DNA from: an uncultured virus (IMG/VR IMGVR_UViG_3300009174_000005) | Taxonomy: Duplodnaviria > Heunggongvirae > Uroviricota > Caudoviricetes | Length of the DNA stretch: 20,000 nt | IMG/VR virus record: IMGVR_UViG_3300009174_000005 | Strand: one strand, 5' to 3' | In this document: in pieces, positions 8,976 through 15,952 of the stretch | How positions within the stretch are numbered: the first letter of the stretch is position 1 | Layout of the letters: the number at the start of each line of letters is the position of its first letter | Program-made: the position numbers and the translations under genes | The notes under the pieces: model-generated | The model's database searches: none | What the model was told of the DNA's origin: nothing | Seen by the model: the letters and a program-made list of their open reading frames with translations, nothing else

Positions 8976-9902
8976 ATGACGCCTATTAAAGTCACTCCAC
9001 TAGTCGGAAGTGTTACAGTAACCACAGGTACGGGTGATTATTCGTTGGGTGCTGCAATGCCAGCGCCGAATAGATCGCTACAGTCAGTACTAGCAGATGG
9101 AGATAAATTCCCGTATACGTGCCGCGACGGAGTTAATTTTGAGACAGGCGTAGGTACATATCATGCGGCGGGTGGAGGGACTGTAACTAGAACGTCTGTA
9201 GGGTTTAGCTCAAATGGTAGTAATACGGCATTTAACTGGACAGGTGGGGGTACTCGCACTCTATTCATTGATTATGGCTATGGGTTTCTACTACTAGATA
9301 ATAATCTATCTGACTTGCCTAATCCACAAACCTCTAGAGCTAATCTAGGGCTACCTACTAATATCGATTTAACTAGTGTTAACAGTATTGTACCATTGAC
9401 AGATTCAAGCGGCAGATTACCAGCTGGCATAAACGTTAGCCTGTGTACAGGATTTCCAGCAGCTACAGCAAGCATTCCAAGCGGCACAGCGCTAGGAGGG
9501 TTTTTTCAAGCTGCGGCTCCATCAGGATGGACTAGGATAACTACGTATGATGATTGCTTGATAGGAATCGCTAATAACATAGGTACGACAGGCGGAGGTC
9601 CTTTTAATGGGGGCACGTTTGTAGCTGGAGGGTGGGACCCTACAAGCGGTGTAACGGTAACAGGGACAGCTATCAGCATTGCACAGATGCCGGCACACGT
9701 ACACTCGACAGCATTTGTGTCACAAACGTTTGGCACAGTCTACGCGTCTGGTACGTCCATACCAGCACCGCCGTCTACGGGCGGAAGTACGGGGGCAGAT
9801 ACAGCATCTACGGGAGGGGGTGCTACACATACACACACATTGACAAACGCGCAATCATGGCGACCACCTACACTTAAAACACTTTTATGTTCAAAGAATT
9901 AA
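8976..9902 (+). CDS. Tail fibre protein with collar domain and His-motif tip
   Basis: N-terminal attachment domain (TTGTGDYSLG..FETGVGTY..TRTSV..SSNG), NNLSDL..SRANLGL fibre repeat, collar-like IPSGT..FFQAAAPSGWT, and HxH metal-binding motifs (QMPAHVH, GGATHTH). Confidence 0.8.
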   Translation: MTPIKVTPLVGSVTVTTGTGDYSLGAAMPAPNRSLQSVLADGDKFPYTCRDGVNFETGVGTYHAAGGGTVTRTSVGFSSNGSNTAFNWTGGGTRTLFIDYGYGFLLLDNNLSDLPNPQTSRANLGLPTNIDLTSVNSIVPLTDSSGRLPAGINVSLCTGFPAATASIPSGTALGGFFQAAAPSGWTRITTYDDCLIGIANNIGTTGGGPFNGGTFVAGGWDPTSGVTVTGTAISIAQMPAHVHSTAFVSQTFGTVYASGTSIPAPPSTGGSTGADTASTGGGATHTHTLTNAQSWRPPTLKTLLCSKN

Positions 9903-9943
9903 AGAATTAAAATAAACATACATAAGGCAGATAAACATACACT

Positions 9944-10354
9944 ATGAAAACTAAACACCCATTCGCCGAATCTCAACAATGCACCCGCGTACCAGTTGCC
10001 CTTGTACCTGTTACAGATGAGCACCCTGCGGGCCTCAAGTGGGATCGGCCATGTCTATGCCCCGACTGGCAGGAGCTAGAGCACCAGGTAGGCACTCCAG
10101 ACGGTTCTACGCGCATTGTACGCGTCAGTGGATGCCTCAAGAAGTTACTCCCTTGGATGCTAGCAGGTGCAGCTAGGCAGGCGCAAGCAGGATTAAACGA
10201 GATAGTAGCAGCGCGGCAGGATATTCAACGGGCGGAAGTTACTACGGCCGCTGGTCTGTATCAGATTGCAGCGGCCGTAGCACGTAATCAGGAAGTTCAG
10301 TTGTTACAACCTAGTACTGACGAACAAATAGAAGTGATTAAACGTTTAACGTAG
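9944..10354 (+). CDS. Cys-containing protein following the tail fibre; putative fibre assembly chaperone
   Basis: Lies directly after the fibre. C..CLCPDW..GC..LPW pattern followed by a coiled-coil C-terminus. Function is inferred from position only. Confidence 0.45.
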   Translation: MKTKHPFAESQQCTRVPVALVPVTDEHPAGLKWDRPCLCPDWQELEHQVGTPDGSTRIVRVSGCLKKLLPWMLAGAARQAQAGLNEIVAARQDIQRAEVTTAAGLYQIAAAVARNQEVQLLQPSTDEQIEVIKRLT

Positions 10355-10678
10355 TTGATACTCTACCAACCTATTGTTATTCGCGTCGTACATAGGCACA
10401 AGCACACCAGTAATCACGATTTCTTGATACCCGCTCGTGGGTAGGGAGTAACAAGGCCCTAAGTACGGACGTCGACACGTAATAGTCCATGCGCCCGTTG
10501 TATTAGTTGAAAACGAGAACGTCATAGCCTGAATATACCCCGAAGCACCGACTTCAGTAACAACAGGGTTTGTAACCATATAACCGTCTAGTACAAATGA
10601 TGCGGACGGCGTAGCGTCTCCTCTGCTAGGTAGTAACATAAGCATAAACAACACCACAGCAGCGCTAACGTGCTTCAT
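10346..10678 (-). CDS. Small secreted/periplasmic protein, CxRPYLGxC family (paralogue 1)
   Basis: GGAGG RBS. Signal peptide MKHVSAAVVLFMLMLLPSRGDA|, beta-rich mature part, CRRPYLGPC motif. Paralogous to the next gene. Confidence 0.75.
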   Translation of the reverse strand: MKHVSAAVVLFMLMLLPSRGDATPSASFVLDGYMVTNPVVTEVGASGYIQAMTFSFSTNTTGAWTITCRRPYLGPCYSLPTSGYQEIVITGVLVPMYDANNNRLVEYQLR

Positions 10679-10704
10679 TTAACTCTGACCTCCCGACTAG
10701 TAGA

Positions 10705-11091
10705 TTAGTTATTGATGGTAATGCTAGTCACGTGGAACGTAACCCCGGAAGTCTCGTAGGAAGTGGTGGTATACCCGTAAACAGAGATTAGATGTCCGGC
10801 GGAATTAAGGATAGCAGTGCAGGCGCCTAGATACGGACGTAGACACTGAAACTGCATTGCAGGCGCCGCACCATAGCCGTATTCTTGGACTTGAAAATTA
10901 ATATTAGTAACGGCTCCTGCCGCGCCGTAGTAGACTTGTGGTGGCACCGTGAGTGTACCATCTGATACGAACGTAGCACCGTGCGCTCTCACAGGTAGAA
11001 ACGTGGACACAACAACTAACACACTAGCAATAAACATAGGTTTGTACTTTCTATTGCTTACCCTTGCTGCTTGATACATTCGATGTCTCAC
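10705..11091 (-). CDS. Small secreted/periplasmic protein, CxRPYLGxC family (paralogue 2)
   Basis: Signal-like segment RKYKPMFIASVLVVVSTFLPVRAHG| and CLRPYLGAC motif. The start is uncertain (GTG 11091, ATG 11079 or ATG 11037). Confidence 0.72.
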   Translation of the reverse strand: MRHRMYQAARVSNRKYKPMFIASVLVVVSTFLPVRAHGATFVSDGTLTVPPQVYYGAAGAVTNINFQVQEYGYGAAPAMQFQCLRPYLGACTAILNSAGHLISVYGYTTTSYETSGVTFHVTSITINN

Positions 11092-11213
11092 TTTCTTTAG
11101 TTAATTCTCATCAATAGATATTGACTTTCCTACTTACAACCACTTACACCTTGGGAACTAACTACACACAACTAGATGACGCAATTTACTAATTGAGCTT
11201 ATTCCCCCCTTTC

Positions 11214-11549
11214 TTACGGTAGTATATCTGTTCCCTCTGTCAAGATAAAAAAGTCGATTCTATCAGCTGCTACCAGAGTGTTTGTCCACCTGTCTTCAGT
11301 AAAGAAGCGCTCTGGCCAACAGTCCACATGGAATAACCTAGTTGCTTGTTCTTCGCTTAGATTTAGTAACTTTTCCGCCGTGTCTGTGTCATCCATAATT
11401 ACTTCTGCCCATCCACCTATACAATGTGTAGTGGCACAGTTCCAATATCTGGGGTCTTCCCTAGGTGGATAGTGAAAATACTGCATGTCGTACTGATTTG
11501 GGTGCATCAATATTCGTTCTTTCACTTTAAGCAGAAGTTCAACATTCAT
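11214..11549 (-). CDS. Conserved phage hypothetical protein (C-x-T-x-x-CIxGWA family)
   Basis: Motifs CATTHCIGGWA, LLNLSEEQATRLF and AADRIDFFI recur in small phage proteins. It is coupled to the upstream stop (TAATG). Confidence 0.7.
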   Translation of the reverse strand: MNVELLLKVKERILMHPNQYDMQYFHYPPREDPRYWNCATTHCIGGWAEVIMDDTDTAEKLLNLSEEQATRLFHVDCWPERFFTEDRWTNTLVAADRIDFFILTEGTDILP

Positions 11550-11830
11550 TATACCGTCCTCTCCCGCTTCATACGTACATTTCCCGCCGCGATCTCTACC
11601 GCACGCCTAGGAGTAGATCCTAGCGTCTTTTGAAGCGTAAGCCAATACTCTCTGATAGTTTCATCGCCAGGTAGAGACCTGCCGTCGTCTTCTCGCTCGC
11701 GGATAGTGTCTAGCAGATTATGCATCTGGTCTAGTACTCTGCACGGATCTGTAAGAGACGCACGGTAGAGACTAAGAGTCAAGGTGTGTACGCTGGTGTT
11801 ATGTGCCCTAGTTAACAACTCAACAGACAT
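11549..11830 (-). CDS. Hypothetical phage protein
   Basis: 93-aa ORF packed in a minus-strand operon, with a GGGGG RBS upstream. Confidence 0.55.
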   Translation of the reverse strand: MSVELLTRAHNTSVHTLTLSLYRASLTDPCRVLDQMHNLLDTIREREDDGRSLPGDETIREYWLTLQKTLGSTPRRAVEIAAGNVRMKRERTV

Positions 11831-12020
11831 TGAGACCCCCTAGTTTCATACCTCGTTTGCGCAGTTCACGGCGTACATATCGATTGTTTCTAGTAATCAA
11901 GTAAGACATGATTTTAGCAATACGTTCCATAGCGTCAGCACGTGCACGGCGAGATGTAGATTCAGCTAGTAGGTATTTCTTGCAGACTGGCAGCATGTGT
12001 GTATGGGAAAGAGCGTTCAT
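11820..12020 (-). CDS. Small basic hypothetical phage protein
   Basis: 66-aa Arg/Lys-rich ORF abutting the upstream stop codon. Confidence 0.55.
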   Translation of the reverse strand: MNALSHTHMLPVCKKYLLAESTSRRARADAMERIAKIMSYLITRNNRYVRRELRKRGMKLGGLNVC

Positions 12021-12254
12021 TTACCAGTTTTCCACGCCATTGACTACGCGATTGTCAATCTGCCAACTAACAGAGTGCCCCAATTCGCGCGCGAATACTG
12101 CCGCATCCTCTATTCTCGTGAAATATTTAATCTTGCTTTCACGTCCGCGTAATGGGTCTATAGGTGTGGGGTACCAGCGTACACGGGCTTCTTTCACTGT
12201 GGGGGTAAACTGTCCGGAATTATTGCGAGTAGATGTACCATTGTTGCTTGCCAT
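12021..12254 (-). CDS. Hypothetical phage protein (77 aa; probably leaderless mRNA)
   Basis: Start revised from 12281 to the ATG at 12254 (MASNNG...), because the longer version runs through the promoter at 12261-12289. Confidence 0.6.
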   Translation of the reverse strand: MASNNGTSTRNNSGQFTPTVKEARVRWYPTPIDPLRGRESKIKYFTRIEDAAVFARELGHSVSWQIDNRVVNGVENW

Positions 12255-12260
12255 AGACGT

Positions 12261-12289
12261 AAGATATCGCATGTCGTACACCGTGTCAA
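12261..12289 (-). promoter_or_regulatory. Sigma70-type phage promoter (family member 1, leaderless)
   Basis: Minus strand reads TTGACA-cggtgtacgacatgcga(17)-TATCTT-acgtct-ATG. Confidence 0.75.
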
Positions 12290-12315
12290 TAGGGGAAAAT
12301 AGGGCGTATTAGGGC

Positions 12316-12465
12316 TTATAAGATTCGCACTAAGATAGGGTTATTTTCCACTTTCTTGTATAACTGACTGCTAGTGGTCATTGCATGGCGCGCCCTGCGG
12401 ATTGTGTATATACGTTCATCCTTGCCGTCTGTACGTACTATGTAGTATTCAGTCGTAGTCTTCAT
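12316..12465 (-). CDS. 49-aa hypothetical early protein (not in ORF track)
   Basis: MKTTTEYYIVRTDGKDERIYTIRRARHAMTTSSQLYKKVENNPILVRIL*, directly downstream of a promoter and the GAGGGAGACAGACAAA leader. Confidence 0.65.
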   Translation of the reverse strand: MKTTTEYYIVRTDGKDERIYTIRRARHAMTTSSQLYKKVENNPILVRIL

Positions 12466-12495
12466 TTTGTCTGTCTCCCTCTCTTGTATGGACGT

Positions 12496-12524
12496 ATCCT
12501 ACAACATCGATTTTACCGTGTCAA
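12496..12524 (-). promoter_or_regulatory. Sigma70-type phage promoter (family member 2)
   Basis: Minus strand reads TTGACA-cggtaaaatcgatgttg(17)-TAGGAT-acgtcc-ATACAAGAGAGGGAGACAGACAAA-ATG. Confidence 0.8.
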
Positions 12525-12566
12525 GGGGCAAGTAAGGCGGAAGTTACCTACCTCTCTGCTCTCTGG

Positions 12567-12595
12567 TAGACTTCCCCTCGTCTATCTGCTACTAT
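12567..12595 (+). promoter_or_regulatory. Putative rightward sigma70-type promoter for the membrane-protein cassette
   Basis: TAGACT-17 nt-TACTAT with an extended -10 TGn. It is divergent from the promoter at 12496-12524. Confidence 0.5.
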
Positions 12596-12681
12596 CCTAT
12601 AGCAGGTAGGCACTTTAGCAGCGGCAAGGGTCGCTCGATCTCTCAAGCCGGCTCGATCCACTATATGGAGGTACCTACCCA

Positions 12682-13005
12682 TTGCCAGGCCCACACGACG
12701 ACAGCACCCGCGCCCCTTTCCCTGTTTGGCTTAAAGAGTTGTGCTATTTCGGCGGTCTCATTATAGCATTAGCTGCGTTTCAATTCAATCAATCAAGCGA
12801 TTTACGCTCAGCACGCGAGGAGATGGCGCACATCTCTTCCGATGTTACCGCAATTAGACAAAGCTTACCCGATAAAGAAGTATACGATCTACGGCTAAAA
12901 ACACTAGATGATAAAATAGGCACGTTACGTGGTGATGTTGAGTTTGAAAAGGCAAAAGCACAAATGCTAAGAGAACATTTAATAAAGAAAGGTTGGGTAG
13001 ATTAA
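12682..13005 (+). CDS. Single-TM, coiled-coil membrane protein (lysis-cassette/holin-associated type)
   Basis: TTG start with a GGAGG RBS. TM segment LCYFGGLIIALAAFQF, then heptad repeats. Confidence 0.6.
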   Translation: MPGPHDDSTRAPFPVWLKELCYFGGLIIALAAFQFNQSSDLRSAREEMAHISSDVTAIRQSLPDKEVYDLRLKTLDDKIGTLRGDVEFEKAKAQMLREHLIKKGWVD

Positions 13006-13236
13006 ATGGCTATTGACACAACTACAGACGGTATTGATCCTCGACTCAATTGTGCAGCTGAAATCTGTTGTCAACGACAATCGGCAGAATCTAATAAGGC
13101 TCTGTGTGATATTCTAGCGGATCTAGGCGTGCCTGCTGATTTGCAAGATACCGTAGCGGCTAACATGCGTACACGCGGTATTGTGCTCATGCCTACACAA
13201 CTAGCACATATTATAAAGCGTATTGCATTCGGTTAA
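13006..13236 (+). CDS. Hypothetical protein with CAAEICC motif
   Basis: 76 aa, abuts the upstream stop, four Cys. Confidence 0.6.
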   Translation: MAIDTTTDGIDPRLNCAAEICCQRQSAESNKALCDILADLGVPADLQDTVAANMRTRGIVLMPTQLAHIIKRIAFG

Positions 13237-13252
13237 CAAATCTGTGCCTGAT

Positions 13253-13711
13253 ATGTCTATATCACACGCTGTGCAAGAAAACGGAGATGCAATACGCTCC
13301 GCTGCTGTAGGTGTGCAACGTGACCTATTCATATCGCTAGCATCTGCATCAGGTATTGACACTACACAAGCTACGCAATTATTTGACGCTGCTGCCTCTC
13401 ATGGTGTCCGCATATCCTCAGCTGCTAACACAGAGCGTGTAGCGGCTGAAACTCAAACAGATGCAGACATTCTGCGTACAGCTGGACAACGACGTATAAA
13501 CCTATTATGGGAAGGCACGCAAGCTGGTATAGCTATCAGCGTGTGTTTCGTTGCACTGTTCGTAGCAGCTAGTTTAACATTACGTGGCGGTACAAATGAG
13601 ACGACGTTCAATCCCATATGGAATGGATTTTTTCTCATTGTAGGCTTTTACTTCTCACGTACTAACCACGTTAAAACCGGCGGCGTGAAGATAGACGACG
13701 ACAGCAGGTAA
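13253..13711 (+). CDS. Two-TM membrane protein, putative holin
   Basis: Two hydrophobic helices (AGIAISVCFVALFVAASLTL; IWNGFFLIVGFYF) flanked by AGQRRINLLWE and SRTNHVKTGGV. The start is uncertain (TTG 13223, GTG 13244 or ATG 13253). Confidence 0.55.
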   Translation: MSISHAVQENGDAIRSAAVGVQRDLFISLASASGIDTTQATQLFDAAASHGVRISSAANTERVAAETQTDADILRTAGQRRINLLWEGTQAGIAISVCFVALFVAASLTLRGGTNETTFNPIWNGFFLIVGFYFSRTNHVKTGGVKIDDDSR

Positions 13712-13719
13712 TAAAGTTT

Positions 13720-13797
13720 ATGACAACGACGTTAGAATATCACACCCATTACCATTGCGGGCCGAATTGTTGCCACGTGTCAAACCATTTAGTGTAA
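13720..13797 (+). CDS. Possible 25-aa His/Cys-rich micropeptide
   Basis: MTTTLEYHTHYHCGPNCCHVSNHLV*, 8 nt after the previous stop, with only a weak RBS. Confidence 0.3.
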   Translation: MTTTLEYHTHYHCGPNCCHVSNHLV

Positions 13798-13844
13798 CTA
13801 GTACTGCAAATCCCGTAAATCCTCTAGTTTAATAAACAGTAGAA

Positions 13845-13901
13845 AGCAACCCGCTAGACGCAAACCACACCCATTGATACATTGTCGCTTAGCGGGTTGC
13901 T
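13845..13901 (-). terminator. Stem-loop between convergent units; probable terminator of the leftward early operon
   Basis: Perfect 12-bp inverted repeat AGCAACCCGCTA (13845-13856) / TAGCGGGTTGCT (13890-13901) with a 33-nt loop. It starts 8 nt after the stop at 13910 and is followed by TTCTACTGTTT on the minus strand. Confidence 0.5.
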
Positions 13902-13909
13902 AAGTACTT

Positions 13910-14080
13910 CTAGTTAATTACTAACCGTTCGCTATTGTCTAAATATGCTTCAATGTCGTGGACGTCACAATCAGGCCCAGAAATATCGATGTAGCTAATT
14001 TTAAGTTTGTCTACGTCTTCTACATCAAATTCTTCCTTTAGCTTCTCTTCTACGCTATTTTTAAACTCTCCCCACGTCAC
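13910..14080 (-). CDS. 56-aa acidic hypothetical protein, MTWxEFK family (not in ORF track)
   Basis: MTWGEFKNSVEEKLKEEFDVEDVDKLKISYIDISGPDCDVHDIEAYLDNSERLVIN*. Strong RBS (AAAGGAGG) and a GTGA overlap with the upstream stop. Confidence 0.75.
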   Translation of the reverse strand: MTWGEFKNSVEEKLKEEFDVEDVDKLKISYIDISGPDCDVHDIEAYLDNSERLVIN

Positions 14081-14415
14081 TTAAACAATCCCTCCTTTCC
14101 TTGTACACCTAGCGCTTTCAACTTCTTATTCCTACGTATAGTCAGGAAATGTGGTTGCTCTGCAATCGGCTGCACTTCTGTAGGTACTACTCGACAGGTG
14201 CACACTACAGGCGATGTGTCTACACCCTCTAGTTTATCAATGCAACTTTCACAGTAATACTGTGCCTTACGTGTGGGTATAAATACTCTGCCGCATGTGG
14301 TATTACTGCACGTAGGTAAACCGGTAGACGGTGGACGTTTATCGTCTAGGTGGCGAGTCTCAAAGAACAGTTTGAAATTGAAGTGTGGTTTATGCATATG
14401 ACTATGACCTACCAC
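14077..14415 (-). CDS. Putative zinc-finger protein
   Basis: CSNTTCGRVFIPTRKAQYYCESC, four Cys in a zinc-ribbon-like pattern. Confidence 0.6.
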   Translation of the reverse strand: MVGHSHMHKPHFNFKLFFETRHLDDKRPPSTGLPTCSNTTCGRVFIPTRKAQYYCESCIDKLEGVDTSPVVCTCRVVPTEVQPIAEQPHFLTIRRNKKLKALGVQGKEGLFK

Positions 14416-14609
14416 TCTTTCTTACTTATACGCGAGGCTAAATATACAACTACAATAGCTGTCAGCTGGAAAAATGTACGTTCGTTTGCTTCATGCGCTG
14501 TAGTTGTGGAGAATAAAATACCAAGATAGTTACTAATGGCTAGGCCCATCCACACTAGTGTACAAGTAGTGAGAGAGACACTTTGCGGTGGTTTCATTGA
14601 TCGTACCAC
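14409..14609 (-). CDS. Small two-TM membrane protein
   Basis: Two hydrophobic stretches (TLVWMGLAISNYLGILF; FFQLTAIVVVYLA). Confidence 0.55.
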   Translation of the reverse strand: MVRSMKPPQSVSLTTCTLVWMGLAISNYLGILFSTTTAHEANERTFFQLTAIVVVYLASRISKKEW

Positions 14610-14827
14610 TTGACTCGATCCCTACGCTCTGCCTTTGACACCTGTACAGCTTTCCGCGCCATCTTCCTAACCTGCCTATCCGCTGACGGCCCACGCGATC
14701 TATACCCCGTAGGTGATTCTCCCTTCGTTCTGTTCTTGTTTCTTCCTAAAGCGCCACAATGCCGATGGAATCTTGTGCCTTGCACTGCGTTAGGGTTGCC
14801 AGGGGGACCGCCGAATGGATTCTTCAT
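14594..14827 (-). CDS. Basic (Arg/Lys-rich) hypothetical protein
   Basis: GGAG RBS and ATGA coupling to the upstream gene. Confidence 0.6.
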   Translation of the reverse strand: MKNPFGGPPGNPNAVQGTRFHRHCGALGRNKNRTKGESPTGYRSRGPSADRQVRKMARKAVQVSKAERRDRVKWYDQ

Positions 14828-15045
14828 TTCAAATACTCCTTTAAGTCGAAATTAGGAACACGTGAGAGAACTTCGCGCATAGCAATAGTATCTTTATAGT
14901 TAACGTAATTAAGTTCACACAGTAGGCACGTGTCGTAATTAGCGCGTCCGTATCTGATTGACACGTGCCCTAGACCCTGCTTTGCACAAGCCAGTGCGTA
15001 TCTGAGTTTCTGCACTTCGGTCTGCTCTGGATAAGTAGGCATCAA
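14824..15045 (-). CDS. Hypothetical protein with CxxC
   Basis: 73 aa, contains DTCLLC, overlaps both neighbours by 4 nt. Confidence 0.6.
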   Translation of the reverse strand: MMPTYPEQTEVQKLRYALACAKQGLGHVSIRYGRANYDTCLLCELNYVNYKDTIAMREVLSRVPNFDLKEYLK

Positions 15046-15320
15046 AGCACCCCAGTCAAATATCCGCGCACTGTGTGTGCTTCTCTAGACCCATCAAGCC
15101 ATACACGCATCCATTTAAAGTATTCAACTGTATTTACAATTTCAGTAATCTTGTCTACACAGTGTTGGTAGCTTTCCCCCTCTACAGACAAGATCTCAGC
15201 ATATGCTTCAGATGTCAGTCGACAGGATGGGTTGCGGTCACTGTAAATACTCACACCTGCAACCTTTGGCATGGGTGAATTATCTAGTTTCAGCCGAATA
15301 AGCAAATAGGCTTTGTGCAT
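15042..15320 (-). CDS. Hypothetical phage protein
   Basis: Start revised to ATG 15320 (MHKAY...), which has GAGGA 8 nt upstream. Confidence 0.6.
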   Translation of the reverse strand: MHKAYLLIRLKLDNSPMPKVAGVSIYSDRNPSCRLTSEAYAEILSVEGESYQHCVDKITEIVNTVEYFKWMRVWLDGSREAHTVRGYLTGVL

Positions 15321-15324
15321 CTTG

Positions 15325-15414
15325 TCAGTCCTCACTATCGAAGTTTGGCACGTTGTCGAAAGTGTCGTCGTCTAGAGTATAGTCGTAGTCTGTCTCTCTG
15401 CCAAGCATCCGCAT
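15325..15414 (-). CDS. Possible 29-aa acidic peptide
   Basis: MRMLGRETDYDYTLDDDTFDNVPNFDSED*. It is the 3' part of the 15325..15573 ORF, has AGGTG upstream, and fills the operon gap. Confidence 0.35.
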   Translation of the reverse strand: MRMLGRETDYDYTLDDDTFDNVPNFDSED

Positions 15415-15436
15415 TGTAAACACCTGTAAGCTTTGA

Positions 15437-15652
15437 TTACTCGTTAGGGTCGTAGCAAGAACCTTCACAATAGAGTTCTGTTGCAGCTTGGAAAGTGCCA
15501 GAGCTGATGTCGTGCCCAAGTTCAAATTCTCCGGACGTCTGATACAGTCTAAATCCTGGCAAAGACCAATCATCTACGTTATAGTTGTTAGCGGGTACGA
15601 TTGCGATATGCTCTAATTCGCCGCGTTTGAAGTGGAGGATTACAGCTTTCAC
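15437..15652 (-). CDS. Hypothetical phage protein
   Basis: GGGAGG RBS and GTGA coupling with the upstream stop. Confidence 0.65.
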   Translation of the reverse strand: MKAVILHFKRGELEHIAIVPANNYNVDDWSLPGFRLYQTSGEFELGHDISSGTFQAATELYCEGSCYDPNE

Positions 15653-15816
15653 TTTGTGCCTCCCTTTTGTGCTTTGGCACCGCGTAGCGCTCGAAGGATA
15701 ACCTCTAGCTCGTCTCCATCAGCTTGGAATGTCACAACCCTGGACACAATGTCGGGAATAGGCTCCCCTACGCGCCAAGTGCTATCAATACCGTGCGTTT
15801 CTTTGATATAGAGCAT
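15649..15816 (-). CDS. 55-aa hypothetical early protein
   Basis: Start revised to ATG 15816 (MLYIKETHG...), which follows the conserved GGGAGACAGACCAAA leader. Confidence 0.7.
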   Translation of the reverse strand: MLYIKETHGIDSTWRVGEPIPDIVSRVVTFQADGDELEVILRALRGAKAQKGGTK

Positions 15817-15843
15817 TTTGGTCTGTCTCCCTTGTATGTACGG

Positions 15844-15872
15844 ATAATAGAGCATGCCTGCTACCGTGTCAA
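15844..15872 (-). promoter_or_regulatory. Sigma70-type phage promoter (family member 3)
   Basis: Minus strand reads TTGACA-cggtagcaggcatgctc(17)-TATTAT-ccgtac-ATACAAGGGAGACAGACCAAA-ATG. Confidence 0.8.
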
Positions 15873-15952
15873 GGGGTCTAGAGAAGATAATTACGGCGAA
15901 GTGAGGCGTAAGTCCTATCCTACCTACCTACTAGAGGAACGCGCCCACGCGT

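Noticed and set aside
22..9877. Many antisense or alternate-frame ORFs inside the tail genes (e.g. 1177..1551, 1609..2091, 5980..6387, 6716..7132, 9632..9877)
   Set aside because: They are shadows of long, well-supported plus-strand genes, with no RBS or recognisable motifs.
9893..9941. Short direct repeats AAAGAATT x2 and ATAAACATACA x2
   Set aside because: Short AT-rich slippage-type duplications with no evident function.
11908..12609. Plus-strand ORFs 11908..12312 and 12385..12609
   Set aside because: They are antisense to promoter-supported minus-strand genes and run through promoter elements.
12607..12623. Second sigma54-like site (TAGGCACTTTAGCAGCG)
   Set aside because: The GG-N10-GC spacing is right but the -12 element is poor, and a sigma70-type promoter already explains the region.
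13755..13783. Sixth TTGACACG on the minus strand (TGTCAA at ~13778-13783)
   Set aside because: No -10 hexamer at 17-nt spacing and no conserved leader.
15325..15573. Full 82-aa ORF
   Set aside because: It overlaps the better-supported 15437..15652 gene by 137 nt. Only the 3' 29 codons are retained, tentatively.
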